This document shows positions 1 through 10,989 of a stretch of 64,000 bases of DNA, piece by piece (the first letter of the stretch is position 1; every line of letters starts with the position of its first letter). The stretch is taken from the NCBI GenBank assembly GCA_963827585.1, contig CAWHCK010000036.1, forward strand, positions 31,131 through 95,130, written 5' to 3'. The position numbers were made by a program, and so were the translations under genes. The notes under the pieces were generated by a model. The model saw nothing but the letters and a program-made list of their open reading frames with translations, searched no databases and was not told the origin of the DNA. The stretch comes from an uncultured Alphaproteobacteria bacterium (lineage in GTDB: Bacteria > Pseudomonadota > Alphaproteobacteria > Rhizobiales > Xanthobacteraceae).

Positions 1-209
1 GTGGAGAAGCATATGGCGCGCGTGCGAATAGACAAGAGACCGTGAGACCGGGCACTCGCCCATGCGCGCCAGTATGGGCAGGAGCGCGTCACGAGTGCCC
101 ACGTCTCCTAACCATCAAGGTGGGACAGGGATGACCGGCCGGCACGCTGGACGTATGATGGACGGCGCCCGTCACCGTCGCGCCGTACGCGACGCAGGAG
201 CGACGATCC

Positions 210-1740
210 GTGGTTGGAATGGATGCGGTCCGGCGCGAGTTGCGCGGCATCGCCATCGCCCTGGCGATGGTCGCCGCCACTACGCTCGTCGCCTATGTGC
301 TGATCCAGTCTCTCGACGTGCGCAGAGGCTCGGTCATCTATCTGCTGCCGGTGCTGCTCGCGGGCTGGCATCTCGGGCTGGTGCCGGCGCTGGTTGCGGC
401 GGTCGCCGGCGTGCTCTGGTCGGGCTATTTTTTCTTTTCGCCGTACTACAGCTTCTACCTGGCGCGGCCGAATGAAATCCTCAATCTGCTGCTGTTCATG
501 GTGGTGGCGGTGGTGACGAGCCACCTGGCGAACTCGATGAAGAAGCAGACCGAGATCGCTCGCAAACGCGAGAAGGAGATGGGCGATCTCTACGCCTTCT
601 CGCGCCGGCTGGCGGCGGCACCATCCGCGGCCGACATCTACCTCGCGATCGAGCAGCATCTTGCCAGCCTGGTCCAGCGCAAGGTGGTGCTGTTCGGAGC
701 CGGCGGCGGCAACGATTGGGATGCCAATCCCGACCAGAACGCACTGTCGCAGCGTCTGCACGCCGCGATCGCGGACGTGCAAGCGGGCAGCACGCCGGCG
801 ACCACCGTCGATGACGGCGCCGGCGATATCTGGCTGGTCCGGCGGGTGTCGCACAAGACCGCCGACTTCGGCGTCATCGCCATCGACCTCGGCAGCGTCC
901 CGCCGGGCGCCCTCGACGAGGTTCGCCAGCGCGTCGACGATGCGCTGTCGGATGCCGCGGCCACGCTCGAGCGGCTCGACGTCGCGCGCGCACTCAACGA
1001 CGCCAGAATGCGCTCCGAGACCGAACTGCTGCGCGAAGCGCTGATCGGCTCGGTGTCCCATGAATTGCGCACGCCGCTGGCGTCGATCCTCGGCGCCGCC
1101 ACGGTGCTGAGCAAGTCCGCGGCGGTTGCCAAGGATGAGCGGCTGACCTCGCTTGCCGGCGTCGTGCGCGACGAGGCCGAGCGCCTCAACAACGACATCC
1201 AGAACCTGCTCGACGCGACCCGCATCAGCCGCCAGCAGATCAGGCCGAGGCAGGAATGGATCGAGCCTCAGGACATCGTCAATTCCGCGCTCGAGCGCCG
1301 GCGGCGGCGGCTTTCCGGTCACGCCGTGTCGCTCGACATGGACTTCGAATCTTCCGTTCATCTATGTCGATGCCGTCCTGGTCGAGCAGGCATTCGTGCA
1401 GATCGTCGACAACGCTGCAAAATATTCGCCGCCGGGCTCGCCGATCGCCGTCGCTGCCAAGCGCAACGGCCGTGACGTCGTACTGTCGGTGCACGATCGC
1501 GGCGTCGGGCTGACGGCCGAGGAGAACGCGCAGCTCGGCGAGCGGTTTTTCCGCGGTCGCCGCCACGCGGCCACGACCTCGGGCTCGGGTCTCGGCCTGT
1601 GGATCGCGAAGGCGTTCGTCACCGCCAACGGCGGCAAGATCCAGGCCGAGAGCTCGGGCGCCGATCAGGGAACCACGGTGTCGATCCATCTGCCGTTTGC
1701 AACGCCGGCGAGCCAACCGGAGGTCGGTCCCGATGACTGA
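210..1740 (+). pseudogene. Sensor histidine kinase (DUF4118 / KdpD C-terminal type, lacking the N-terminal KdpD domain); frame broken near 1347-1350
   Basis: ORF 210..1475 has an N-terminal TM bundle and the H-box SHELRTPL. ORF 1153..1740 in the next frame has the N/G1/G2 boxes DNAAKYSP, DRGVG and GSGLGL. The frames join as ...VSLDMDF(E)|LPFIYVDAVLVEQ if one base is skipped. AGGAG lies about 10 nt upstream of GTG 210. Confidence 0.85.
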
Positions 1741-2449
1741 AGTCAATCCCGTCGTCCTCGTTGTCGACGACGAAGTCCAGATCCGCCGCTTCCTGCGCGC
1801 CGGGCTCGAGCTCGACGGTTTCACCGTGCAGGATGCCGAGACCGGCGGCGATGCGCTGCGCTGGGCCACGCTCAAGCCGCCCGATCTGGTGATCCTCGAT
1901 CTCGGATTGCCGGACATGGACGGCGCGGAAGTGCTGGAGCGCCTGCGGGCGTGGTCGAGCGTCCCGCTCATCGTGCTGTCGGTGCGTTCCAACGAGGCCG
2001 AGAAGGTGCGCCTGTTGGAGAGCGGCGCCGACGACTACGTGGTCAAACCGTTCGGCATGGCCGAGCTCTTGGCGCGCGCCCACGCCGCCATGCGGCGGCA
2101 CGTGCGCGTCTCCACCGGCGAGCCGGTGGTCAAGGTCGGCCCGCTGTCGATCGACCTCGCCGCGCGCATCGTGACCATCAACGGCGCGCGCGTGATGCTG
2201 ACCCCCAAGGAATATCGGCTGCTGCAGCTGCTTGCGCAGCACGCCGGCAATGTCGTCACCCACCAGTTCCTGCTCAAGGAGGTGTGGGGGTCGCCCCACC
2301 TGCACGACACCCATTATCTGCGCATCTTCGTGCGCAAGCTGCGCCAGAAGATCGAGGCCGACCCGACCCAGCCGCGCATCCTCTTGACCGAGCTCGGGGT
2401 CGGATATCGCCTGGTCGTGCCCGAGCCGGCCAGCGCCGTGGCGAATTAG
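1733..2449 (+). CDS. OmpR/KdpE-family response regulator
   Basis: Receiver domain (VLVVDDE, DLVILDLGLPDMDG, KPF) plus a winged-helix C-terminus (LTPKEYRLL...GVGYRL). ATG 1733 overlaps the kinase stop (ATGA). Confidence 0.9.
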   Translation: MTEVNPVVLVVDDEVQIRRFLRAGLELDGFTVQDAETGGDALRWATLKPPDLVILDLGLPDMDGAEVLERLRAWSSVPLIVLSVRSNEAEKVRLLESGADDYVVKPFGMAELLARAHAAMRRHVRVSTGEPVVKVGPLSIDLAARIVTINGARVMLTPKEYRLLQLLAQHAGNVVTHQFLLKEVWGSPHLHDTHYLRIFVRKLRQKIEADPTQPRILLTELGVGYRLVVPEPASAVAN

Positions 2450-3018
2450 CCCTCCCGCGTAGCCTGCAACGCCGCCCTGAGCGCCTTGCGCCGCGCCGGA
2501 TCGTAGAGGTTCGGATAGTCGTAGGTGAGCGGCTTCGATCGCTCCACGCGCAAGGTCGCGAATACCGGACCGTCCTGCGTGAGAACGTGGGCGGCCTGCT
2601 GCTCGAAATTGGCGAGATCCGAAAAATCATGCACGTGCGCATAGCCGGCCGCGCGCGCCATGGCCGCGAACTCGACCTCCGTGTTGGGGATGGGGTGGCT
2701 GCCGTTCGCCTCGTAGGTGCCGTTCTGCACCACCATATGGACGAGGTTCTTCGGCGCCGCCGCGGCGATGGTCACCAGGCATCCGAGATTCATCAACAGG
2801 CTGCCGTCGCCCTGCAGGCAGACGATGCGCCTGTCCGGCCGGCCCAGCGCCAGTCCCAGGGCGTGCGAGGAATCGAGTCCCATCGCGCCGACCGAAAAGT
2901 AATTGAGCTTGCGCTCGCCGAGCTCGAGCCAGTCGACGGCGGAGCTGTAGGTCGCGACCACGACCTCGTCGGTCATGTGCCGCGCCAGCACGCGGAAACA
3001 TTCGTCGCGCTTCATCAT
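2446..3018 (-). CDS. TPP-dependent decarboxylase, beta (pyrophosphate-binding) subunit; sulfopyruvate/phosphonopyruvate decarboxylase-like
   Basis: Has the TPP motif GDGSLLMNLG...QNG. Start MMKRDE at 3018 overlaps the alpha-subunit stop (ATGA). Confidence 0.7.
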   Translation of the reverse strand: MMKRDECFRVLARHMTDEVVVATYSSAVDWLELGERKLNYFSVGAMGLDSSHALGLALGRPDRRIVCLQGDGSLLMNLGCLVTIAAAAPKNLVHMVVQNGTYEANGSHPIPNTEVEFAAMARAAGYAHVHDFSDLANFEQQAAHVLTQDGPVFATLRVERSKPLTYDYPNLYDPARRKALRAALQATREG

Positions 3019-3557
3019 GATGCGGACGGCCTCCGGCCGATCAGCAGCGCAACCGGATGTGACTTGGCGTAGGCGTCCTCGATCGCCGGGCGGATCTTGG
3101 CAACGTCGGCCTGCTCGTTGATCAGGTGGTGCGGGATGCCCATGGCATCGAGGATCGGCTCGATGATGCGCACGCCGTAACGCGGCGAATTGCGCGGCGT
3201 GGTGTAGGGATCGTGCCCGAGCAGCCCGATCATCATGCAGATCGGCTGGCCGTACTCGACGCCGACGCCGCGGATGGCATTGATGGAGTCGAGAAAGCCC
3301 GTGTACTGGATGAGCGTCAAGGCGCGCTTGTCGCAGTAGGAAAGGCCGGACGCGATGCCGATGCACTCGTCCTCCTTGCAGACGCGGACGAGCTTGAGGT
3401 CAGGATCGCGCGCAATCGGCCGCAGCAGGCCGCCGCTGGTCACGATGTCGGGCACCGACAGGATGAACTCGACGCCGCTCGCCTTGATTGCGGCGATGAT
3501 GCCCGAGCCCTTGAGCTCGATCTTGTCGTCGGGCTCGGTCAGCAAATCCGCGTCCAT
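3015..3557 (-). CDS. TPP-dependent decarboxylase, alpha (pyrimidine-binding) subunit
   Basis: N-terminal TPP-binding fold (GVEFILSVPD, CKEDECIGIASG). I prefer start MDADLL at 3557 because the longer ORF would run through a terminator hairpin. Confidence 0.65.
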   Translation of the reverse strand: MDADLLTEPDDKIELKGSGIIAAIKASGVEFILSVPDIVTSGGLLRPIARDPDLKLVRVCKEDECIGIASGLSYCDKRALTLIQYTGFLDSINAIRGVGVEYGQPICMMIGLLGHDPYTTPRNSPRYGVRIIEPILDAMGIPHHLINEQADVAKIRPAIEDAYAKSHPVALLIGRRPSAS

Positions 3558-3570
3558 GCGCGCCCTCCGC

Positions 3571-3606
3571 CAAACAAAGACGCCGATGCGGCGAGACATC
3601 GGCGTC
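3571..3606 (-). terminator. Rho-independent terminator candidate downstream of the Bug gene 3648..4624
   Basis: Perfect 10-bp stem gacgccgatg / catcggcgtc (3579-3588 / 3597-3606) with an 8-nt loop. On the minus strand it is followed by TTTGTTTG (3571-3578). Confidence 0.55.
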
Positions 3607-3647
3607 GGTAGCTAAGCGGAAATCAAACACCCCCGCAACGGGCGCCA

Positions 3648-4624
3648 TCATTCCAGCCGGATATTGGCCTGCCGGATCACCTCGCCCCACTTCTGCCGCT
3701 CCGCGGCGATGTGAGCGGCAAATTCGTCCGGGCTTCCCAGCGGCAGCGACGTGCCCTGGGACAGGTAGCGCTGACGCACCTGCTCGACCGCGAACGCCTT
3801 CCTGGTCTCGCTCGCGACCCACGCGATGGCTTCGCGCGGCGTGCCGGCGGGCGCGAACATGCCGAACCAGGTGCCGCTCTGCATCTGGCCGAAGCCGCTC
3901 TCGGCCATGGTCGGAACGTCGCGCAACGCTTCGATCCGTTGCGGCGTGAGCACCGCGAGCGCGCGGGTCTTGCCGTCATTGACCAGCGGCGCCTGCAGCG
4001 TGACGCTGTCGAACATGACTTGAACGTGGCCGGCAACCAGATCCTGGATCGCGGGCGCGGCGCCGCGATAGGGGACGTGCACCATCTCGATGCCGGCCAT
4101 CTGCTTGAACTGTTCCCCGACCAGGTGCCCGGACGCGGCGTTGCCCTGCGAGGCATAGCTCAGCTTGCCCGCATGAGCTTTTGCGTGGGCCACGAGCTCC
4201 GCCACCGATTTGACCGGCAGCGCGGGATTCACCACCAGCACGTTCGGGAAGGTGGCGACATGGATGATTGGAGCAAGGTCCTTGGCGGGATCGAAGGTGA
4301 GCTTGGTGAGGTGGGCGAGCACCGCATTGGTGCTCAAACCGCCCATGAACAGGGTATAGCCGTCGGCCGGCGCGCGTACTGCGGCTTCCGCGCCGATCGC
4401 GCCCGCGCCGCCGGGGCGGTTTTCGACCACCACGCTCTGGCCCGATGCCTCGCCCAGCCGTTGCGCGACGATACGGGCGAGCGTATCGGCCAGGCCGCCG
4501 GCCGCGAGCGGCACGATGATCTTGATCGGCTTTGCGGGATAGTCCTGGCTGCGCGCGGGCGCACCGCGAGCACGAGGGCGCACAGCGTGACGATGAGCGA
4601 GACCAAGGCGCGACCCGGTGTCAT
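3648..4624 (-). pseudogene. Bug/TctC-family periplasmic solute-binding protein; signal peptide out of frame with the mature part
   Basis: ATG 4624 encodes MTPGRALVSLIVTLCALVLAVRPRA (signal peptide). The mature domain QDYPAKPIKIIVPLAAGG... to IRQANIRLE lies in the other frame. One base appears to be missing near 4545-4556. Confidence 0.8.
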
Positions 4625-4797
4625 GGTTTGCTTCCTCTCCCGGTGTGCTGGATTTTTCAGCCTGCGCTGCTTGCCGGTCCTTTACGTGGCCCGCGACACC
4701 CAACGATGGGCGAGCTCCCATCGGGCGATGCGCGCGCTTGCGAGGCATGCGCAAAGCCCGCATCATGGAGCGCACCATGACTCATGCCGAGGGCATT

Positions 4798-5754
4798 ATG
4801 AAGCGTCTCGCGGTCGCACTCGTGGTCGGCGTCACGTGCATCGGCACAGCAGCGGCCGCCGACTGGCCGACGCGGCCGGTGCGCATCATTGCGCCGTCGA
4901 CGCCGGGCGGCGCGGCCGACATGTTCGGGCGGCTCCTGTGCGACCACTTCAGCGAAACGTTCCGCGAGCGCTGCTTCGTGGAGAATCGGGCCGGCGCCGG
5001 CGGGCTCATCGGGACCGCGGCCACGGCGCAGGCGGCGCCCGACGGCTACACGCTCACGACGTCGAGCACCGCCTATCACGTGATCGCGCCGGTGGTCAGC
5101 CCCAATCCCGGCTTTGATCCGATGAAGGACTTCACCCACATCGCCTATATCGGCGGCCCGCCCAATGTCTTCGTGGTGAACCCTGCGCTCGGCGTGCGCT
5201 CGCTCAACGAATTGGTGGCGCTCGGCCGGCGCGGCCAGCCGATCGATTACGTCTCGCCGGGCGTCGGCACGCTCGGACACCTGCTGGCGGAGTTCTTCGC
5301 GCAGAAGGCCGGCATCAAGGTGCAGCAGATCATGACCAAGGGCGCCTCGCAGGCGATGATGGATCTCATCAGCGGCAACGTGAATGTCGGCACCATGACC
5401 TGGACCTCGGCGCTGTCGCAAATCCGCGCCGGCAAGGTGATCCCGATCGCCGTGACGTCGGGCGCGCGGCTCGCCGAATTTCCCGATCTGCCGACGTTCA
5501 AGGACCTGGGCTACCCGGAGCTCACGGCGGTGTCGTGGTTCGCGCTTTCAGGGCCGGCGGGCTTGCCCGACGAGATCACGGAGCGGCTCAACGCGGCGGT
5601 CGCCAGGATGCTGGAGCTCCCCGACGTGCGCAGGCGCCTCGAGCGCGACGCCGTCGAGACGCGCGCCATGACCTCGGATGAGTTCACGCGGTTCGTGGCG
5701 AGCGAGATCGCCAAGTGGACGCCGGTCGCCAAGCGCGTGATGCCGGGGAATTAA
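4798..5754 (+). CDS. Bug/TctC-family solute-binding protein
   Basis: Signal peptide MKRLAVALVVGVTCIGTAAAADWP followed by the family pattern RPVRIIAPSTPGGAAD...ENRAGAGG...APDGYT. Confidence 0.85.
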   Translation: MKRLAVALVVGVTCIGTAAAADWPTRPVRIIAPSTPGGAADMFGRLLCDHFSETFRERCFVENRAGAGGLIGTAATAQAAPDGYTLTTSSTAYHVIAPVVSPNPGFDPMKDFTHIAYIGGPPNVFVVNPALGVRSLNELVALGRRGQPIDYVSPGVGTLGHLLAEFFAQKAGIKVQQIMTKGASQAMMDLISGNVNVGTMTWTSALSQIRAGKVIPIAVTSGARLAEFPDLPTFKDLGYPELTAVSWFALSGPAGLPDEITERLNAAVARMLELPDVRRRLERDAVETRAMTSDEFTRFVASEIAKWTPVAKRVMPGN

Positions 5755-5764
5755 TCGCCGCGGT

Positions 5765-6752
5765 TCATTGCGACCGCGCGATCCCGGCCTGCTCCACCAC
5801 TTTTCCCAGGCGCACGATCTCGGATTCTCATGAACTGTTGCAGTTCCTCGACCGACGGATAGTCGACGGAGATGCGGCCGGTGCGCGCGAAGTCGGCCTT
5901 GATCTCGGGCAGGTCCAGCACCTTCTTCACCTCCAGATGCAACCGGTCGATGATATCCTTCGGCGTGCCCGCCGGCGCGACGATCATCTGCCAGGAGGTC
6001 AGGTTGAACCCGGGGACGCCGGCCTCGGCGACGGTCGGAACCGCCGGCAGGATCGGCGAGCGAGTGGCGGACGACACGCCGAGCGCGCGCACCCGGCCTT
6101 CCGCGAGCAGCGGCAGGATCGGCGTGGGCTCGCCGAACATCATCGGAATGTGCCCGGCAACAAGATTGGTCAGCGCCGGCCCGTCGCCGCGGTGGGGGAC
6201 GTGCACGACGTCGATGCCGGTCATGGTCTTGAGCAGCTCGAAGCTCAGATGTTGCGGCGAGCCGGGTCCCGCCGACGCGTAGGAGAGTTCCCCTGGCTTT
6301 GCCTTGGCGAGCGCGACGAGGTCGGCGACGGAGTGGATCGGCTGCGATGGATGCACCAGCAGCAGGAACGGCGCGTTCGAGGTGAGCGCGATCGGCGCAA
6401 AGTCGCGGGCGGGATCGTAGGGCAGGCTCTTGTTCAGCGTGACCGTGATCGCAAACGGGGTGCTGGTGCCGAGCATGATGGTGTAGCCGTCGGGCGCGGC
6501 CTTGGCCACGGACGCGGCTCCGATCACGGTGCCGGCGCCGGTTCGGTTCTCGATCACCACCGGCTTGCCCAGGCGGTCCGCGAGCTTTTGCCCAAGCAAG
6601 CGCGCCAGCGCGTCAAGGCCGCCGCCGGCGGGGTAGGGAACCACCAGCGTCACCGCCCGGCTCGGATAGCCCTGGACCTGCGCGAGCGCGGGCAGCGCGG
6701 CGAACGCCGCCGAGACGAGAGTGGCCAGCATCAGCCGGTTGGTGAAGCGCAC
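5765..6752 (-). pseudogene. Bug/TctC-family solute-binding protein with a frame break near the 3' end (about 5825)
   Basis: Good Bug sequence up to ...SVEELQQFMR. Skipping one A restores SEIVRLGKVVEQAGIARSQ* with the stop at 5765-5767. As assembled, the ORF runs on to 5751 through an Arg/Gly-rich tail. Confidence 0.8.
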
Positions 6753-7075
6753 GCGTCCTCCCCGCCGATCGTTGATGTCGGCTCGTTACTTTGGCCGTGA
6801 AAGACTAACGGAACCGTCGGCAAGCCGTAAGCGTCGTCGCCGACGCAGGGGCAGGCCCGCAAAACATGGGCCGTTCTTGACTCCGGGACGGCGCATCCAT
6901 AGGTTTGCCGCGCTCTCGCAAAGAGCCGAAATTGAGCCCGCCGACCGGCCCCGGAGGCCGGAGGCTACCGCCCGACAGCGCGATGCGCCCTCGGGCGCCG
7001 GTGCTGTTTGTTGATGCGTTTCTGCGGCGAGGAAGGCCACCTCGCCGGAAAACGCGATCGAAAGGTGTTTGGAGC

Positions 7076-8632
7076 ATGTTCAATTCGCTGTCGGAACGGC
7101 TCGGCGGCATTCTCGACCGCCTGACGCGGCGCGGCGCGCTGACCGAGGAGGACGTCGATGCCGCGCTGCGTGAAGTCCGCCGCGCATTGCTCGAAGCCGA
7201 CGTGGCGCTCGATGTGGTGCGCGCCTTTACCGACAAGGTGAAAGGCCATGCGGTCGGGGTCGAAGTCATCAAATCGGTGACCCCCGGGCAGATGGTGGTG
7301 AAGATCGTGCACGACCAGCTGATCGAGATGCTCGGGGTGCAGGCCGAGCCGATCGATCTCAATGCAGCGGCGCCGGTACCGATCATGATGGTCGGCCTGC
7401 AGGGCTCGGGCAAGACCACGACCAGCGCCAAGCTCGCCAAGCGCCTCGCCGAGCAGGCGCGGCGCAAGGTGCTCATGGCCTCGCTCGACGTCCGCCGTCC
7501 CGCGGCGATGGAACAGCTTGCCGTGCTCGGGCAACAGGTCAATGTCGATACCTTGCCGGTCGTTGCCGGCCAGCAGCCGACGCAAATCGCACAGCGGGCG
7601 CTGCAGGCGGGCCGCCTCGGCGGCTACGATGCGGTCATCCTCGACACCGCCGGCCGCACCACGCTCGACGAGGCGATGATGGCGGAGGCTGCCGACGTCA
7701 AGCGCGCCGCCAATCCGCACGAGGTGCTGCTCGTCGCCGACGCGCTCACCGGCCAGGACGCGGTCAATCTCGCGCGCGCCTTCAATGAGCGCGTGGGGCT
7801 CACCGGGATCGTGCTCACGCGGGTCGACGGCGATGGCCGCGGCGGGGCCGCGCTGTCCATGCGGGCGGTCACGGGCAAGCCGATCAAGCTCATCGGCACC
7901 GGCGAGAAGATGGATGCGCTTGAGGATTTCTATCCCGCGCGCATCGCCGACCGCATCCTCGGCATGGGCGACATCATCACGCTGGTGGAGAAGGCGGCGG
8001 CGACGATCGACGCCGAGAAGGCGGCGCGCGTCGCCGAGAAGATGCGCAGGGGCGCCTTCGATCTCGCCGACTTGCGCGAGCAACTCTTGCAGATGGAGCA
8101 GATGGGCGGCATGACCGGGCTGATGGGCATGCTGCCCGGCATCGCAAAAATGAAGAACCAGCTCGCATCGGCGAATCTCGACGAGCATGTGCTCAAGCGC
8201 CAGGTGGCGATCATCAACTCGATGACGCCGCGGGAACGCAGGAGCCCCGACCTGCTGAAGGCGAGCCGCAAGAAGCGTATCGCCGCCGGCTCCGGCACCA
8301 GGGTCGAGGACGTCAATCGCATGCTCAAGATGCACCGGAGCATGTCCGACGTGATGAAGGCGATGGGCTCGGGCAAGCGCGGACCGATGTCCGGGCTCGC
8401 CAATATGCTCGGTCTCGGCGGCGGCATGCCGAGCCCCGAGCAGATGCAGAAGCTCGCGGAGAAGATGCCGGGCGGCTTGCCGGGATTGCCGCCTGGCGCG
8501 CCCGGTTTTCCCGGGCTCCCGCCCACGATGCCCGGTCTGCCGCCGAAATTTTCCGGTGGTCCGCTGCTTCCCGGCCTCGGCGGCAAGCCGCCGGGATTGG
8601 GCGGGCTCCCGGGATTGGGGAAGAAGAAGTGA
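7076..8632 (+). CDS. ffh: Signal recognition particle protein Ffh
   Basis: [16 protein letters not shown]..., GTPase motifs [10 protein letters not shown] and DTAGR, and a Met-rich M domain. Confidence 0.95.
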   Translation: MFNSLSERLGGILDRLTRRGALTEEDVDAALREVRRALLEADVALDVVRAFTDKVKGHAVGVEVIKSVTPGQMVVKIVHDQLIEMLGVQAEPIDLNAAAPVPIMMVGLQGSGKTTTSAKLAKRLAEQARRKVLMASLDVRRPAAMEQLAVLGQQVNVDTLPVVAGQQPTQIAQRALQAGRLGGYDAVILDTAGRTTLDEAMMAEAADVKRAANPHEVLLVADALTGQDAVNLARAFNERVGLTGIVLTRVDGDGRGGAALSMRAVTGKPIKLIGTGEKMDALEDFYPARIADRILGMGDIITLVEKAAATIDAEKAARVAEKMRRGAFDLADLREQLLQMEQMGGMTGLMGMLPGIAKMKNQLASANLDEHVLKRQVAIINSMTPRERRSPDLLKASRKKRIAAGSGTRVEDVNRMLKMHRSMSDVMKAMGSGKRGPMSGLANMLGLGGGMPSPEQMQKLAEKMPGGLPGLPPGAPGFPGLPPTMPGLPPKFSGGPLLPGLGGKPPGLGGLPGLGKKK

Positions 8633-8673
8633 GTTTGAAACGCCGAGATTCACCGACCAGAAAGGAACCAAGC

Positions 8674-9039
8674 ATGTCCCTGAAAATCCGTCTCGCCCGC
8701 GCCGGCACCAAGAAGCGGCCGGTCTATCACATCGTGGTCGCGGACAGTCGTTCGCCGCGCGACGGTCGCTTCATCGAGCGGCTCGGCTATTTCAATCCGC
8801 TGCTGCCGAAGGACAAGACTGAACGGCTGCGGCTCGATTTCGAAAAGGCCAAGGCGTGGCTCGAGAAGGGCGCGCTGCCGACCGACCGGGTGCTGCGCTT
8901 TCTCGACCAGGCGGGCGTAGTGACGCGCGAGAAGCGCAACAATCCGATCCGCGCGGTCCCGCGCAAGGAGCGCAAAGCGCGCGCCGAAGAGGCCGCCAAG
9001 GCCGCGGCCGCGGCCAAGGCCGGCGCACCGGCGAGCTGA
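8674..9039 (+). CDS. rpsP: 30S ribosomal protein S16
   Basis: [42 protein letters not shown]. Confidence 0.95.
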   Translation: MSLKIRLARAGTKKRPVYHIVVADSRSPRDGRFIERLGYFNPLLPKDKTERLRLDFEKAKAWLEKGALPTDRVLRFLDQAGVVTREKRNNPIRAVPRKERKARAEEAAKAAAAAKAGAPAS

Positions 9040-9053
9040 TCGGCCAACGTGCC

Positions 9054-9581
9054 GTGGTCGACCGCATCTGTGTGGCCCAGATCGGTGGAGCGCACGGCAT
9101 TCGCGGCGAGGTGAAGCTCAAACCGTTCACCGCCGATCCCATGGCCGTGGCGAAGTATGGACCGCTGGAAACCGAGGACGGCTCGATGAACCTCGAGATC
9201 GAGACGGTGCGCCCGGCCAAAGGTCATCTGGTCGCGCGGTTTCGCGGCGTCGGCGACCGCAACGCGGCCGAGCGGCTGACCAACGTGCGGCTGTTCGTGT
9301 CGCGAACGCGCTTGCCGCCGCCGGCCGCGGACGAGTTCTACCACGTGGATCTGATCGGGCTTGAGGCGGTGACCGCGGACGGAGCCGAGGTCGGCACGGT
9401 CGTGGCGATCCATGATTTCGGCGCCGGCGACATCCTCGAGCTGCAGCCGCCGGACGGCGGAACGACCTTGATGGTGCCGTTCAACGCTGCCTTCGTGCCC
9501 AGCCTCGACCTTGCCGGCGGCCGGATCGTCGTGGCGCCGCTCGAACCGATGCCGGGATCGCCCGGCGGCAGTTCCGAATAG
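9054..9581 (+). CDS. rimM: Ribosome maturation factor RimM
   Basis: [20 protein letters not shown]...FYHVDLIGL... and its position between rpsP and trmD. The GTG start at 9054 is inferred. Confidence 0.8.
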   Translation: MVDRICVAQIGGAHGIRGEVKLKPFTADPMAVAKYGPLETEDGSMNLEIETVRPAKGHLVARFRGVGDRNAAERLTNVRLFVSRTRLPPPAADEFYHVDLIGLEAVTADGAEVGTVVAIHDFGAGDILELQPPDGGTTLMVPFNAAFVPSLDLAGGRIVVAPLEPMPGSPGGSSE

Positions 9582-9604
9582 GCCAGCTCCTGCGTTACGT
9601 CATC

Positions 9605-10342
9605 ATGTGGCGCGCGACCATCCTCACGATCTTTCCCGAGATGTTCCCGGGACCGCTCGGCTCGAGCCTCGCAGGCAAGGCGCTCGCCGCCGGGGTCTGG
9701 GCCCTCGATGCCGTCGACATCCGTGCCCATGCAACCGACAAGCATCGCTCGGTCGACGACACGCCGGCGGGCGGCGGGCCCGGCATGGTCATGCGGGCGG
9801 ACGTGCTCGCCCGGGCCGTGGATACGGTGGCGCCCGCAGGCGATCAGCGTCCTCGCCTGGCGATGAGCCCGCGCGGAGTTCCGCTGACGCAAGGCCGGAT
9901 CGTGGCGCTGGTGGGCGGACCCGGTGCCGTCATCCTGTGCGGCCGCTTCGAGGGCATCGACGAACGCCTGCTGGAAGGCCGCGGCTTCGAGGAGGTTTCG
10001 ATTGGCGACTATGTGCTCTCGGGCGGGGAAATCGCGGCCTTGGCCGTGCTCGATGCCTGCGTGCGGCTGTTGCCGGGGGTCATGGGCAAGGAGGCTTCGG
10101 GCGCGGACGAAAGCTTCGCCCACGGCCTGCTCGAATACCCGCAATATACCAGGCCGCAACTCTGGGAGGGCCGCGCGATCCCCGCCGTGCTCAGCTCCGG
10201 CGACCATGCCAAGATCGCGGCCTGGCGCCGGGCCGAGGCCGAGCGGCTCACCCAGGCGCGCCGGCCCGACCTGTGGGCGGCCCATCTGGCCCGTGCCGGC
10301 ACGCCCAAAACGCCCGGCAAGAAGTCCGACCCGGACGGGTGA
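9605..10342 (+). CDS. trmD: tRNA (guanine37-N1)-methyltransferase TrmD
   Basis: [13 protein letters not shown]...[13 protein letters not shown]...[11 protein letters not shown]...[11 protein letters not shown]. Confidence 0.95.
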   Translation: MWRATILTIFPEMFPGPLGSSLAGKALAAGVWALDAVDIRAHATDKHRSVDDTPAGGGPGMVMRADVLARAVDTVAPAGDQRPRLAMSPRGVPLTQGRIVALVGGPGAVILCGRFEGIDERLLEGRGFEEVSIGDYVLSGGEIAALAVLDACVRLLPGVMGKEASGADESFAHGLLEYPQYTRPQLWEGRAIPAVLSSGDHAKIAAWRRAEAERLTQARRPDLWAAHLARAGTPKTPGKKSDPDG

Positions 10343-10437
10343 CAAACGCCCCTCGGTGTCGTAGAAGCTCGCCCGACCCGAACAACCAATAAGACCGCGC
10401 GCTTCACGATATTGGCGCTGCCCGATGGAGAATTCCC

Positions 10438-10846
10438 ATGAATTTGATTCACGAGCTCGAAAAAGAGCAGATCGCAAAGCTTTCCGCCGGCAAGGAGATT
10501 CCGGACTTCGGGCCGGGCGACACGGTGCTGGTCAACGTCAAGGTGGTGGAGGGCGAGCGCACCCGCATCCAGGCCTATGAGGGCGTTTGCATCGGCCGCG
10601 CGGGCGCCGGCCTCAACGAGAATTTCACCGTGCGCAAGATTTCGTATGGCGAGGGGGTCGAGCGTGTGTTTCCGCTCTATTCGCCCATGATCGAACTCGA
10701 TCAAGATCGTGCGCCGCGGCAAGGTGCGGCGCGCCAAGCTCTATTATCTGCGTGGCCGTCGCGGCAAGGCGGCGCGCATCTCGGAGAAGCAGGATCACCG
10801 CGCCGCTGACGAGGGGGTTGGGGTGACCGGGAAGGCTGCCGAATAA
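10438..10846 (+). pseudogene. rplS: 50S ribosomal protein L19, frame broken by one extra base at about 10696
   Basis: [11 protein letters not shown]...[11 protein letters not shown] is good L19. Skipping c10696 restores [32 protein letters not shown]..., ending at TAA 10844-10846. Confidence 0.9.
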
Positions 10847-10851
10847 CGTCG

Positions 10852-10869
10852 CGCGCCGTTGCCGGCGCG
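10852..10869 (+). terminator. Weak hairpin downstream of rplS (possible terminator)
   Basis: 7-bp GC stem cgcgccg / cggcgcg with loop ttgc. There is no clear T-tract. Confidence 0.3.
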
Positions 10870-10989
10870 AGATCGGTCCTGGCGCAGGCGCCCCATTGTG
10901 CGTCTTGACGTCCGCGTGATCGGGCGGCAATTGACCTGTCCGGCCCTATATATTGATTGAGACCACGGCGCTTTCCGGAGCATCCAGGT

